DNA of 64,000 bases from a virus (taxonomy: Duplodnaviria; Heunggongvirae; Uroviricota; Caudoviricetes): the IMG/VR virus record IMGVR_UViG_3300032294_001260; one strand, given 5' to 3'. The notes below the pieces were generated by a model that saw only the letters and a list, made by a program, of their open reading frames with translations, was not told where the DNA came from and made no database searches. How positions within the stretch are numbered: the stretch's first letter is position 1; the number at the start of each line of letters is the position of its first letter. A program made the position numbers and the translations under genes. Positions 1 through 10,533 of the stretch are shown here, piece after piece.

Positions 1-1689
1 TAAGTTGGACTGGCTGCTTCCATTAGCAGTTGCAGTTACGTTTACTGTCGCCGTGTTGTTAAAGTTGATGTTGCTTCTGGTTAGAATCAAATTACCATTA
101 GCAAAAACAGCAACGGTGTTTGCCGCATTATTTGCTTGATTGAACGCACCGCTGACATCTGCAGTAGATGTTACGTTAACGGTGAATGATATGTTTGACT
201 GGGTAGTGCCGTTCGCAGTTACGCTAACGTTTACAGTCGAGGTGTTGTTGAAGTTTAAATTGCTTCTGGTCAGAATTAGCCCACCATTAGCAAAAACGGC
301 AACGGTGTTTGCTGCAGTGTTCGCTTGATCAAACGCAGAGTTTGCTTGGTCTCTTGCAGTATTTGCTTGATCTCTTGCAGTGTTTGCTTGAGCAAAAGCA
401 CTTTGTGCCACACTGGTAGCGGTGTTTGCTTGATTGTATGCCGCACTGATTCCAGTAGAAGTTGTGTTTACTGTGAAATCAACGTTTGATTGCGAAGACC
501 CATTAGCAGAAACGCTGACATTAACTGTCGCGCTATTATTAAAATTTAGATTGCTTCTGGTTAAAATCAAATTACCATTGGCAAAAACGGCAACTGTATT
601 AGCGGAATTATTAGCAGTTGAAAATGCGGAGTTTGCTTGATCTCTTGCAGTGTTTGCTTGAGTAAATGCACTCTGCGCAATAGATGTTCCAGTATTTGCT
701 TGACCATATGCAGCATTTGCTTGACCGTAAGCATTCTGCGCCGTCGTGGTTGCTGTATTCGCTTGTGTATAAGCCAGATTTGCTTGAGCAAACGCTGAGT
801 TTGCTTGATCTCTTGCAGTATTTGCTTGAGTAAATGCACTCTGCGCAATAGATGTTCCAGTATTTGCTTGGGTGTAGGCCGAGTTTGCTTGGGCAAACGC
901 ATTCTGAGCCACGTTAGTAGCGGTGTTTGCTTGGGTGTAGGCCAAGTTTGCTTGGGCAAATGCTGAGTTTGCTTGAGAAAATGCACTCTGCGCAATAGAT
1001 GTTCCAGTATTTGCCTGATCATAAGCCAAATTTGCTTGACCATATGCAGCATTGGCTTGAGAGTACGCATTCTGTGCGGTCAATTGCGCAGTAGTAATTC
1101 CAGATCCCGTGGTGTTCACGGAGAAACTTAGATTAGCATTACCACTGGTTCCCGAAGACAGTGAGACATTTACTGTCGCGGTATTGTTGAAGTTCAGCGA
1201 TACTGAGTTGATTGTTGATACATCATTTGCAGAAACGAGAACTGTATTTGCTGCATTATTTGCGGCGACATAAGCGGCGTTGGCTTGAGAGTAAGCATTA
1301 TTTGCTTGATTGTATGCAGTGTTTGCTTGGTCTCTTGCGGTGTTTGCTTGTGCAAATGCACTCTGTGCAACTGTTGATGCGCTATTGGCAAGTGTTAATG
1401 CGGAGTTTGCTTGATCAAACGCAGCGTTGGCTTGGTTGTATGCTGCGGTGCTATTATTAGCCGTGGTTGTATCTGTTTTGATAACCAAGTCAACATTAGC
1501 AGTGCCGCCATTGAACCAATAATCTAGAACTGAATTGTTTGCCCCTAAAATACCAACGGTCAATCCGATAAATCTTTGTTCTGCTGGAATAGACGTTAGT
1601 GCCAAATTCACATTGGCATAAGGACCAAACCTATTATCACTAGGTTTCGGTGCTTTGATGTCTAAATTGTCGTTAAGTAGAATAGGCAT
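1..1689 (-). CDS. Partial (C-terminus beyond the left window edge) fibre-like structural protein with A/N/Q-rich tandem repeats (QANxAxxQANxA... and 'LILTRSNLNFNN(T/S)ATVNV(S/T)' units)
   Basis: Hand translation of the minus-strand frame with codon tops divisible by 3. ATG at 1689-1687 overlaps the upstream stop (TTAATG). N-terminus is MPILLNDNLDIKAPKPSDNRFGPYANV.... The frame is open to position 1 (last codons ...NFNNTATVNVTATANGSSQSNL). It is not in the ORF table because it is incomplete. Confidence 0.6.
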   Translation of the reverse strand, partial: MPILLNDNLDIKAPKPSDNRFGPYANVNLALTSIPAEQRFIGLTVGILGANNSVLDYWFNGGTANVDLVIKTDTTTANNSTAAYNQANAAFDQANSALTLANSASTVAQSAFAQANTARDQANTAYNQANNAYSQANAAYVAANNAANTVLVSANDVSTINSVSLNFNNTATVNVSLSSGTSGNANLSFSVNTTGSGITTAQLTAQNAYSQANAAYGQANLAYDQANTGTSIAQSAFSQANSAFAQANLAYTQANTATNVAQNAFAQANSAYTQANTGTSIAQSAFTQANTARDQANSAFAQANLAYTQANTATTTAQNAYGQANAAYGQANTGTSIAQSAFTQANTARDQANSAFSTANNSANTVAVFANGNLILTRSNLNFNNSATVNVSVSANGSSQSNVDFTVNTTSTGISAAYNQANTATSVAQSAFAQANTARDQANTARDQANSAFDQANTAANTVAVFANGGLILTRSNLNFNNTSTVNVSVTANGTTQSNISFTVNVTSTADVSGAFNQANNAANTVAVFANGNLILTRSNINFNNTATVNVTATANGSSQSNL

Positions 1690-2936
1690 TAACTGTTTCT
1701 AAACTCTATTGATCCGCTGGTTGTCGTCGCAAATCCGCTTATGTAAATCTTGTATGGAACTCCGTTCCAATATGCATTAGGCGAGTTTGTGTTGTTTGTA
1801 ACTGGTGCAAGAATAAACTGTCCCGCGCCAATATCACCATTATTTAATGCTGTGTTATACCACTTGGTTTTTGTGGCGTTCGCGGCTGGATGTGCCATCC
1901 ATACAAATTGTGCAGAGGCATTGAAAGTGACAGACACGGTTCCACTTGAATCAGCCAATACTTTGTTAGTTGATCCCGCCTGAATCGCAGCAGAGATGCC
2001 CGATGCATTTGGTTGTGTTCCAGACACGCCCCAGAAATAAGGATATATTCCAGTGACACTAGTGGTTGATGCTGCTTGAAATGCGCTGCACGCAGACTGA
2101 GGAGCGTCCACGCTTCTTACCGCAGATGGTCTTGAATCCAAAACGCCTTTATTGTTTAGTTTAGCCAATCCAGCATTATATGCCGAAATAGCGGACCAAG
2201 TAGTTGTACCAGAAGCGACGACGTTTGAATCAACGTGGCTGTGTGTATACGAAAAGTTTGGATTATTTGGATCCGCATAGCCAAACTGAGACCCGATGTT
2301 GCTGGTTGGCACCGCCGTCAGAGAACTACTGGTGCTAATATTAGAACCCTGTCGTCGAATGGCAATCGACGTAAATGGTCCCACATCGTTTTCAACGCCC
2401 GTGACCGAAATGGACTGAGAAATGGTTTCACCAATTTCTCGAATACCCGACACTGTTCCAGAAAAACTTAGTGTAGGAATTACATAAGTTGGATTTATAT
2501 CTGGGAATAGAATAGCATCCAGAACTTCCGTGATTTGTTTTGTCTTCCAGTATGCTGCTGATTGTGGAGTTGCGCCACCGACAGTAATACTGACAACACC
2601 GTCATCAACATTACTGCTGTAAACTTTGGCAGTATTTGCAATCTGGTCTGTGTATTGTTTTGTGCTTGCGTGATTGTTTAATGAAGGCGATGAGATAACT
2701 TCAATCTGATTTAATTGAACTCTACCGTTTGTATCTCGTGCAACTAATGAATTAGCGACGTTTAAAGATGTTCTATTTTCTATGATTTCGACAAAACTTG
2801 AGCCGCCAATATTGATGACAACGTTTGAAGTGTTGCCGATAAAAAGAGTGTCGCTGACAAATGAATAGGCTAACTCACCCTCTTCGAGAGTGATCGGCGC
2901 TGCGTTCGAAGTAGAACGTTTGATCTGAAGGGCCAT
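1689..2936 (-). CDS. Virion structural protein, putative tail fibre/baseplate-associated
   Basis: 415-aa ORF in the structural operon, with ATGA/TAATG coupling to its neighbours. Ser/Thr/Asn/Gly-rich beta-type composition. No specific family recognised. Confidence 0.5.
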   Translation of the reverse strand: MALQIKRSTSNAAPITLEEGELAYSFVSDTLFIGNTSNVVINIGGSSFVEIIENRTSLNVANSLVARDTNGRVQLNQIEVISSPSLNNHASTKQYTDQIANTAKVYSSNVDDGVVSITVGGATPQSAAYWKTKQITEVLDAILFPDINPTYVIPTLSFSGTVSGIREIGETISQSISVTGVENDVGPFTSIAIRRQGSNISTSSSLTAVPTSNIGSQFGYADPNNPNFSYTHSHVDSNVVASGTTTWSAISAYNAGLAKLNNKGVLDSRPSAVRSVDAPQSACSAFQAASTTSVTGIYPYFWGVSGTQPNASGISAAIQAGSTNKVLADSSGTVSVTFNASAQFVWMAHPAANATKTKWYNTALNNGDIGAGQFILAPVTNNTNSPNAYWNGVPYKIYISGFATTTSGSIEFRNS

Positions 2937-3169
2937 TAAAACTCTCCGCCATCTACCTTCGACGCCGTCTTGACAATATATGTATTCGTATTCGAGTCAT
3001 ACACTAAAGTATCACCAGTCTGCTGCACCGAAGAATTAACATCGGGTAACTGACCCAATGATACGGTGTCTAAAACTCTTGCGATTTTACTGAATGAAAC
3101 TCGACCTATAGATGTATTAGATCCAATTATCGTTTTTCGATTTTGTTTTAGACTAACTTTTATCTTCAT
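2936..3169 (-). CDS. Small structural-module protein
   Basis: 77-aa ORF, translationally coupled (overlaps by 1 nt at both ends) within the fibre operon. Confidence 0.35.
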   Translation of the reverse strand: MKIKVSLKQNRKTIIGSNTSIGRVSFSKIARVLDTVSLGQLPDVNSSVQQTGDTLVYDSNTNTYIVKTASKVDGGEF

Positions 3170-3498
3170 TTTGTGACTTGTGGTGTGACTGTTATGATTC
3201 CCTCCACAATACGAGTCACGACATTCGCAGCATCTTTCATTTTAATATCGTAGACATAACGACCCGCTTTTATATTTGCTGTAGTTGCGGCGTTCATGGT
3301 CACCATGACATTTCCATTTGCAGCATCGGTGATGGAGATCGTTAAATTTGCAGTCGGTCTTGTTGAATAATACGACTTACGAATCTGTCCCGTGAAGACA
3401 TAGTTCGTGAGGTTGATAGACATGCCATCATCACCAACTAAGTCTAATTGGGATTCGTAATTTGCGCCTTGATCGATTACTAATTCTGCGTATGGCAT
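3166..3498 (-). CDS. Hypothetical structural protein (Ig/beta-sandwich-like composition)
   Basis: 110-aa ORF. ATGA overlap with the downstream gene. Confidence 0.4.
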   Translation of the reverse strand: MPYAELVIDQGANYESQLDLVGDDGMSINLTNYVFTGQIRKSYYSTRPTANLTISITDAANGNVMVTMNAATTANIKAGRYVYDIKMKDAANVVTRIVEGIITVTPQVTK

Positions 3499-3528
3499 TG
3501 ATTTCTCTAATTATGGTTTCCGCAATTA

Positions 3529-4167
3529 TTAGTTCAAACCGTCTACCGTAGTGGTAAAACTGAAAGATCTTACTAATAAGGTGTTAAAAGATTCGTCTTT
3601 GATTGTAAGGGTTCCCTCGGCACCAGCGGTTGCTGGATCTGGGGTCCAAGCAGATCCATTCCAATCTGCTCTGGCAAGAACCACCCACGATCTGGTTGTC
3701 GAAAGGATCAAATCAGTCCCAGTAGCAGAACTACTGTTGTGTAAAGACCCAGAAGAAATATTTACTTGAGCGTAATATTGACTGTTCGATCCAGATTGCA
3801 GCCAAGTCCAAGAAGCGGCAGTAAAATTTCCAGTTTGTGAATTACCTTTGACGATAGTTGCTGTACCATCTGACTTTAAGTTGTAATATATAGCAACTTC
3901 AGCGTAGTTCTGAGAATTTTGCCAAAAAGCGGGAAAAGTGTGAGATGCTGTATATGATATGTTTCCATTCGTTGAATAATCTGCAACAGCGGATCCATCA
4001 ATACCTTTGTATGCTGGAAATTGAATTCCCCAGCGGCATTGGGCAAATGAGATGGATCCGCTACTTCGACTAGCAAGATTTCTCACATACCCATCATTTA
4101 AATTGTTTCTACTCGAACCAATATGATTGTTGATATCACTCATACTGGTTGACGCTGGTGTCGGCAT
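3529..4167 (-). CDS. Hypothetical structural protein
   Basis: 212-aa ORF, Ser/Thr/Asn-rich, in the fibre operon. Confidence 0.4.
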   Translation of the reverse strand: MPTPASTSMSDINNHIGSSRNNLNDGYVRNLASRSSGSISFAQCRWGIQFPAYKGIDGSAVADYSTNGNISYTASHTFPAFWQNSQNYAEVAIYYNLKSDGTATIVKGNSQTGNFTAASWTWLQSGSNSQYYAQVNISSGSLHNSSSATGTDLILSTTRSWVVLARADWNGSAWTPDPATAGAEGTLTIKDESFNTLLVRSFSFTTTVDGLN

Positions 4168-4170
4168 CTA

Positions 4171-4509
4171 TCAACTCCAAGGAAATTCGGTCACTTCTTC
4201 ATGTGGACTATTTTTGTCCCTGATTTGTTTCTCAATCTGTTCTTTGACATGCCGCCAATAGTGATCCACGACAATCGACTTGACCCAGCCTAATACAGTC
4301 TCTTCAGTAAGAGTCTCATAAGAAACAAACTGCGATTGATCTATCTTTGATGGATTGAATGGTGTTGCGCCAAAGAAAACGCCAGTCGTTCCATTTTCAT
4401 CCGTGCCAGTGCAAGTCCATCTAACACCGATAACTACATCTGACTTATCATCAGTAGTCACCTTTTTCATTTGAATCACTTCCCAAGCGTAACTGACTGC
4501 CATAATCAA
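4171..4509 (-). CDS. Hypothetical protein
   Basis: 112-aa ORF. 4-nt overlap (ATGA) with the fibre gene upstream. Confidence 0.4.
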   Translation of the reverse strand: MIMAVSYAWEVIQMKKVTTDDKSDVVIGVRWTCTGTDENGTTGVFFGATPFNPSKIDQSQFVSYETLTEETVLGWVKSIVVDHYWRHVKEQIEKQIRDKNSPHEEVTEFPWS

Positions 4510-6986
4510 CCTCTCTTTGTTAGTAAAGTTTTCAATTCTTCAATTTGAGTCTGTTGCTCTTTAATTGCTTCAATCAACAATGGTATAAGTTTATCGTAAT
4601 GGACGGTCTTGTAATTCTCACCAGACTTCGAGTACTCAACGCCATCGTCATCTACTGCGATGTCGAATGGAGCGCGTGTAACGACATGAGGTAGAACTGC
4701 TTCCACTTCTTGAGCCGAAACACCAACCTTTTCTTCGGTGCTGTTGTATCCAAACTTCTTAGCAACATCATTCTCGACATAGTAGTAACCATTTAGGCAC
4801 ATCAATTTTTCTAATGCCTTATCAATTCTGCCCCTAACAGTCTTCAATCTAATGTCTGAGTAATAGGCTGTGATGTTGTTTGTTGCTCGAATTTCGCCAG
4901 TTGTACCCGATGCTCCAGTACCTACTCCGAGTGAGTTAATGTAGACTGTGTTTAGAACGGTTTGTCCCGCAGCACTATTACCATCAACATAGAATGATGT
5001 GTCATTGCTATCGTAGAATATTGGAGCGCGGAAAGTTCCACTGGTAATGTAATCTCCAGTACCGCTGCCCTTATTCGTTAGATTCGGGAACGATACAGAA
5101 GACAACACTGTAGAAAGCGAAGATCCACCGACACTGCCCGCATTACCATCAATACTGATTGGCCACGTTGAACCGAAACTGGTGCCATCGACCTGAACGC
5201 CGAGTCTCGCCGTGCTGCCGTGCGCTGGACAATCCATCCAACCAATACGAATTGTATTGCCGCAGAATCCTTGTTCTATAGGCGTATATCCTAGAGAACC
5301 CGCTGGACCAGTTGGACCCGTTGGGCCAGGAGGACCGCTGCCGCCGCTGCCACCAGTTGGACCCGTTGGTCCCTGCAAGCCGATGGTGCCAGGAGGACCG
5401 ACGGGACCAGTTGGACCCGTTGGACCAAAGGGACCAGTGCCGCCGCTGCCACCAGTTGGACCCGTTGGTCCCTGCAAGCCGATGGTGCCAGGAGGACCGA
5501 CGGGACCAGTTGGACCCGCTGGACCAGTTGGGCCTGTGCCGCCGCTGCCACCACTTGGACCCGTTGGTCCCTGCAAGCCGATGGTGCCAGAAGGACCGAC
5601 GGGACCAGTTGGACCCGCTGGACCAGTTGGGCCTGTGCCGCCGCTGCCACCACTTGGACCCGTTGAACCCGTTGGTCCTTGCAATCCGATGGTGCCAGGG
5701 GGGCCAGGGGGGCCAGCGGGGCCAGTGCCGCTAGGGCCTGTAGGGCCTTGTAGACCGATGTTACCAGTTGGTCCAGGGGGGCCATTGGGGCCAGAGGGAC
5801 CAGTGCCGCCAGGGCCTGTGGGGCCTGTTGATCCAGTTGGACCCTGTATGCCGATGGGGCCTATTGGACCAGTTGGACCAGTGCCACCAGGGCCTGTGGG
5901 GCCAGTTGATCCAGTTGGACCCTGTATGCCGATGGGGCCTATTGGACCAGTTGGACCTGTGCCGCTAGGGCCTGTGGGGCCTGTTGCGCCTGTTGGGCCA
6001 GGGGAGCCAGCGCCAGTTGCACCCTGAGCGCCAACTAGACCTTGAGTGCCAGTCGCGCCCTGTGTGCCAATCGTGCCAGGTGAGCCGCTCGGTCCAGTCG
6101 TTCCAACACCAATCGGACCCTGTGTGCCAGTCGCGCCCTGTGTGCCAGTTGCGCCCTGTGTGCCAGGTGTTCCCGTTGGACCCGTGCCACCCGTTGTACC
6201 CGTTGCACCAGCGGGACCAGTTGGACCAGTTGCACCTTGAGGACCAGTGCCGCCACTAGGACCAGTTCCACCAGTCACACCAGTCGCGCCTTGGGTTCCA
6301 CTCGGACCTTGAGATCCCGCTGCACCCTGAGTTCCCGCGCCAACCGCACCTTGTGAGCCAATACCTAATGGACCTTGTGCACCTTGAATTCCCGTGATGC
6401 CTTGAGATCCGATTGTTCCTTGAGATCCGATTGTTCCTTGAGATCCCGACCCAGTTGGACCCTGTGTTCCATTCGCACCTTGCGCATTTCCCGCAATACC
6501 CTGAGTTCCTTGCGGCCCTCCTGGTGGCCCCGCAGCACCAGTTGCACCTTGAGCGCCACCGCCAACTCCAGTCGCAGTAGCCAAAGATTTTAGATTAGCC
6601 CACACTCGACGATTGATAGGTGAAGCAAAATTAACACTAAGCCCCGTCATAACACCGATAAGTGGCTTATCTATGTTAACGGTATTAGTATCCCATGCAA
6701 TAGTTGTGATTTTTGTTCCAAGTTCAACGTTTGTCCCACTAACCACCATCCCTGGAAAAATATACCCCTGCAGTGTACTCGAAGTAAGGGTAAATGAAGA
6801 TGCACCCGATGAACCAGTTGAAACAGTGCCCGTGTAACTTGAGTTCTTATAAACAAGAACATGGTTTTCCTCAGCAGCAACACCGAGATTCGGTTCTGCC
6901 TCGCCGAGTTTCATAAACTGATATCTACCGTCCGTTAAATTATCAAACGGTACAACCTTTTCTTTTCCACTTGCAATCTCAGTCAT
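4506..6986 (-). CDS. Tail fibre protein with a long collagen-like (G-x-x)n triple-helix region and a C-terminal intramolecular chaperone/autoproteolytic (peptidase S74-like) domain
   Basis: 826-aa ORF. More than 450 aa of GxT/GPx repeats, including near-identical 40-aa units ([33 protein letters not shown]). C-terminus is ...[41 protein letters not shown]...[25 protein letters not shown], which is typical of S74 chaperone domains of endosialidase and phage fibres. Confidence 0.75.
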   Translation of the reverse strand: MTEIASGKEKVVPFDNLTDGRYQFMKLGEAEPNLGVAAEENHVLVYKNSSYTGTVSTGSSGASSFTLTSSTLQGYIFPGMVVSGTNVELGTKITTIAWDTNTVNIDKPLIGVMTGLSVNFASPINRRVWANLKSLATATGVGGGAQGATGAAGPPGGPQGTQGIAGNAQGANGTQGPTGSGSQGTIGSQGTIGSQGITGIQGAQGPLGIGSQGAVGAGTQGAAGSQGPSGTQGATGVTGGTGPSGGTGPQGATGPTGPAGATGTTGGTGPTGTPGTQGATGTQGATGTQGPIGVGTTGPSGSPGTIGTQGATGTQGLVGAQGATGAGSPGPTGATGPTGPSGTGPTGPIGPIGIQGPTGSTGPTGPGGTGPTGPIGPIGIQGPTGSTGPTGPGGTGPSGPNGPPGPTGNIGLQGPTGPSGTGPAGPPGPPGTIGLQGPTGSTGPSGGSGGTGPTGPAGPTGPVGPSGTIGLQGPTGPSGGSGGTGPTGPAGPTGPVGPPGTIGLQGPTGPTGGSGGTGPFGPTGPTGPVGPPGTIGLQGPTGPTGGSGGSGPPGPTGPTGPAGSLGYTPIEQGFCGNTIRIGWMDCPAHGSTARLGVQVDGTSFGSTWPISIDGNAGSVGGSSLSTVLSSVSFPNLTNKGSGTGDYITSGTFRAPIFYDSNDTSFYVDGNSAAGQTVLNTVYINSLGVGTGASGTTGEIRATNNITAYYSDIRLKTVRGRIDKALEKLMCLNGYYYVENDVAKKFGYNSTEEKVGVSAQEVEAVLPHVVTRAPFDIAVDDDGVEYSKSGENYKTVHYDKLIPLLIEAIKEQQTQIEELKTLLTKRG

Positions 6987-6997
6987 GGTTTTACTTC

Positions 6998-7333
6998 TTA
7001 AGCGTTAGCGGTTTCTAGATATGAAAAAATAAACTTAAAGTTGGCGTTATTAGCGCGAACATACAAACGATTTCCTTCTTCGATTACTAGTCTTCCAGTT
7101 AAGAAAGAACCAGCATCATTTGCTGGAACTTCCATTCCTTTAATAATTTCAGTATTACCACCAGCACGATATAGATTAGCACTGACGTTGCCCGTGGTTG
7201 ATCCAGTATTTACAAACTGGGCCAAAAGAACAACGGTCGAGACTCCAATTGGAGCCTGATATGCCAACACATCACTTGTTGTTACTGTGGTGTTGCTTGA
7301 TTTAAATGTATTGAGTGGTACTAATACTGCCAT
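6998..7333 (-). CDS. Hypothetical structural protein
   Basis: 111-aa ORF between the two large fibre genes. Confidence 0.4.
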   Translation of the reverse strand: MAVLVPLNTFKSSNTTVTTSDVLAYQAPIGVSTVVLLAQFVNTGSTTGNVSANLYRAGGNTEIIKGMEVPANDAGSFLTGRLVIEEGNRLYVRANNANFKFIFSYLETANA

Positions 7334-7348
7334 TTTATTTACCTATAT

Positions 7349-10300
7349 TTATGAGTCTAGCGCAAGGACGAATGGGGTAATCTGAGCGAACAAACTACGA
7401 GTAAACGTTCTACCCGACAGAGTTCCCGTGTTGAAGTTGATGGTTAGATCTTCACCAATTCTAAAGTTACCGAACTGGTCTGTTGAAGTGAAGTACACAA
7501 TACCACCATTACTTGAAACGGTTTCGTTGACTTGAATAATGTCTCCACCGTTTCGAGGAAGGGCCACATCAACTGAGGTACCAGATCCGACAAACTCAAA
7601 TGTCTGACCCGATGCAGACAACGCAGACTTCTGATAGAAGAACACGTTTGCATTTGCTGGTAGACCATTTGGATATGAAGTTCCATTCAAAGTCAAAGTT
7701 CCAGTGATACGCTCATCAAGTTCAAGAGTTGTAATGTCACCGTTTGATGATGCCGCAGTGATTGTTCTGTATTTTGGAATCACAAGGCTCGTATCTAAAC
7801 CAGCGACAGTCAATGTGCCAGAAACGGGAAGAGTAATGTCTTGTGTAAATCTTCCAGGGGTTCCGTTTGGAGCAGTCTGTCCATTGATGATTGTATTCCA
7901 GTTCGTATATGTTCCAGAACCAACTGAACTTGTAATGTTTAAAACAGCAGTCTCAGCATCAACGTTCCAACTTGTCACGGTGGCGATGAAGTAGTTACTT
8001 CCATCATAAGAAATTTTCAGTATGTCGCCGACTTGGTAGCCAGGGCCGAGTTGGACATCGAGGGTGGTTTCACCTTCAATGTTCATTACAAGACCCAGAT
8101 ATGGTTTTGTGTTGGATGTAATATTGAAGCGCGGGTCGGTGCATGCAGAAATCGAACTGACCTTAACCTCGAAGCCAGTTTGGTTATTAGCACCATATAC
8201 AGTTTCAAGATATGCTATGACTTCTTTTGCGATGAAGTTTGAGTTCCAATACAACTGCGCTGCTGCATTTTGTGCATTAGTGTTTGTATTTGAAGTCAAT
8301 CCAACTGGAGATGGTGCTGGCGCTACGTTCGGGCCATTTGTAATGATGCTCGTGATCAAGTCAATATTGGTATTAACAGAAGCCACTTCAGTTGTCGTTG
8401 ATGGTATCTGAGAAACGTTGCTCTGAGATACCGCGACTTGATATCGCAATTCTGTAGGAACTGCTACGCCTCTTAAAATGTAAGAAGCCAACGACTTGAT
8501 GTGCTGATATGCTGCTACAGTTTGCGGTGCTTCATCACCCACGGCACTTATTTCAGTGTATCCGTAGTAGTAGACACCAGATTGAATTGCTTGCTTATTA
8601 CCACCCCACTTCAGATCAAAACTAATGCTGTCTGTAATGTACCCAACGTCACGCGAACACTTTTCTGTGTCATAGACGAGGATTGGATACTGATTGGCGA
8701 TAAATGCCAATGCTTCCGCTTGCATGTAAGACTTATTGGCTAGAAGCAGCGTGTATGCATTTTGGTTGTTTGGATTTGAGTTAGCAGTCAATCCACTAAA
8801 CACGATGTTGTTTGTTATGTTTGCTGTGCCAACTTGCAATATGCGAACAATGGTGTTGATGCTATTTGCCACCATGTTTGCTTCAATGAAGGTTGCGGAT
8901 CCAGCGGCGGTGGTGTTTTGTGAAACTGCGCTCTGATAACGAGTTCCGCTAGTGTCGCGCTGAACAACCTTCGTAACCAGCGTTTCTAAGTAATTGAATG
9001 TGGCAATTGTTGGTACAAGTTGCGTCTGTGGAATACTGTCAATGACATCTTGGTTCCAATACTGAATACCAGCAAATGTTGACTGCGAATTTCCAGAGAA
9101 CAACATATCGACTGATAGAGTATTTGCAATCAATCGCGTATCACGTTCACATTTTGTTGTGTTGAATACAAAGCCAGACTTACCAGTCATCAACAGCGGT
9201 CCAACGCCATTTGCGACAAGTCCGCGATTACCAAAGTTGACGTTACAGTTACCCATCGATGCAGTTCCGCCAGATTCGGCTAGGAATGCATCTTCACAGC
9301 AAATACCGTAGATAGAAACCAACTGGGCATATCCCATGTTCCTTATCACAACACCGTCGCCACCAGAATTGAATTGGGTAAATTGAGCAGACACGAAACT
9401 GCGTAATCCAGCAGATTTGTATCCGTCGATTTCCATACCAGCACCACAGACAATTTTCACCGTCCAATTTGAATATGTGCCGCGACCGACGACTTTGGTT
9501 GCGTTTATGATTAATTGGCCAGTGCCAGGGTTGTAGGAGATGACCTTACCAACCATGAAATTTACGGCGTCATAATACAAACGAATGTAGTTCGTTGTCG
9601 TGATATTGGAAATTGCAGTTCCGATAGTGAGCGTTTTTGTTCCAGTTGAAATTGTTAAACTGGTTGTGCTGTTTGATACTGGAATATCTGCAGTAACCGA
9701 CGCTAGATTGTATAGATACGGTGATGCAGTAATATGGCTGCTATATCTTACAGTATTTGCAACTGGTGTTGCTGAAATAGGAATATCAATGTAATATGTT
9801 GAAGTGTTGTCTGGAACAGTTGTCCATGCTGTATTGACTGTCGCGGTTTTAGTTTCTACGTTATAAGAAACAATCCCACGCGATTGGCCAGATCCAGTAC
9901 CACCGTCGATGGTAATTCTCATCTCGCGATAGTAATCATCCATACTGACGCCAGTGACGGCTTCGGTGCTATCTAGCACGATGGCTTGAGAAGTTGCGCT
10001 CTGCGCAGTTCCAATTTCAACGTTCGAAGGAAACGCGACGGCGTGTGATGGCTTCAAGTGACCGCGAACTGCAAGCCCCGTGATATAGCAAGAGTTTGAG
10101 ACCCAGAAAATATCTTTGGTTGGAGTTTCTGGTCTAACTGTTGTAATACGCTGGTCAATACCATGGATAGTAGTGAACTGTGGAAGAATTAAAGGCGTCT
10201 TCTCAACATACACCCCAGCCGAAATCTTAATCGTGGTGAATGGTGTTGCAGCATTCAATGCGGCACGAATCGTTCTCTTCGGCTGCCCTGGCTCCTTCCC

Positions 10301-10510
10301 CGAATTCGAGTCACTGCCAGACACAGAAACATAGATGGTATTATTTGATGTGGGTTCGCCACCGACTTCAGCAATGCTGCCGTCCAACAACTTCATATAA
10401 ATTGCGGCATCGGCGTAGTTTAGTGCCAATTCACCCAATTCTAAGGAATCGGCAAGTGGTTTATCGCCCGAGATCCCAGATCTTTTTAGCAGAATTCTAT
10501 CGTCTGACAT
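7349..10510 (-). CDS. Tail fibre/tail spike with right-handed parallel beta-helix (pectate-lyase-fold) domain; possible polysaccharide depolymerase
   Basis: 1053-aa ORF. The N-terminal conserved fibre motif is ILLKRSGISGDKPLADSLELGELALNYADAAIYMK. This is followed by TIYVSVSGSDSNSGKEPGQPKRTIRAALNAATPFTTIKISAGVYVE, which matches the classic pectate-lyase_3 / beta-helix start. Confidence 0.6.
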   Translation of the reverse strand: MSDDRILLKRSGISGDKPLADSLELGELALNYADAAIYMKLLDGSIAEVGGEPTSNNTIYVSVSGSDSNSGKEPGQPKRTIRAALNAATPFTTIKISAGVYVEKTPLILPQFTTIHGIDQRITTVRPETPTKDIFWVSNSCYITGLAVRGHLKPSHAVAFPSNVEIGTAQSATSQAIVLDSTEAVTGVSMDDYYREMRITIDGGTGSGQSRGIVSYNVETKTATVNTAWTTVPDNTSTYYIDIPISATPVANTVRYSSHITASPYLYNLASVTADIPVSNSTTSLTISTGTKTLTIGTAISNITTTNYIRLYYDAVNFMVGKVISYNPGTGQLIINATKVVGRGTYSNWTVKIVCGAGMEIDGYKSAGLRSFVSAQFTQFNSGGDGVVIRNMGYAQLVSIYGICCEDAFLAESGGTASMGNCNVNFGNRGLVANGVGPLLMTGKSGFVFNTTKCERDTRLIANTLSVDMLFSGNSQSTFAGIQYWNQDVIDSIPQTQLVPTIATFNYLETLVTKVVQRDTSGTRYQSAVSQNTTAAGSATFIEANMVANSINTIVRILQVGTANITNNIVFSGLTANSNPNNQNAYTLLLANKSYMQAEALAFIANQYPILVYDTEKCSRDVGYITDSISFDLKWGGNKQAIQSGVYYYGYTEISAVGDEAPQTVAAYQHIKSLASYILRGVAVPTELRYQVAVSQSNVSQIPSTTTEVASVNTNIDLITSIITNGPNVAPAPSPVGLTSNTNTNAQNAAAQLYWNSNFIAKEVIAYLETVYGANNQTGFEVKVSSISACTDPRFNITSNTKPYLGLVMNIEGETTLDVQLGPGYQVGDILKISYDGSNYFIATVTSWNVDAETAVLNITSSVGSGTYTNWNTIINGQTAPNGTPGRFTQDITLPVSGTLTVAGLDTSLVIPKYRTITAASSNGDITTLELDERITGTLTLNGTSYPNGLPANANVFFYQKSALSASGQTFEFVGSGTSVDVALPRNGGDIIQVNETVSSNGGIVYFTSTDQFGNFRIGEDLTINFNTGTLSGRTFTRSLFAQITPFVLALDS

Positions 10511-10533
10511 TTTATATCCTAATTTGATTAAAA

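Noticed and set aside
5212-6259. Plus-strand Pro/Gly/Val-rich ORFs (5212-6027, 5312-5734, 5768-5968, 5984-6259, 6046-6240) and the minus-strand out-of-frame ORF 5291-5785
   Set aside because: They are antisense or alternate-frame readings of the GC-rich collagen-like (GGN CCN) repeat DNA of the 826-aa fibre gene. They produce low-complexity pseudo-proteins with no start or SD context.
7704-10334. Numerous 60-120-aa plus-strand ORFs inside the large minus-strand structural genes (e.g. 7704-7994, 8064-8411, 9600-9794, 10116-10334, 30496-30930)
   Set aside because: They are antisense shadows of long, well-supported structural genes with T4 homology and synteny. They have no SDs and their composition is hydrophobic and unlike real proteins.
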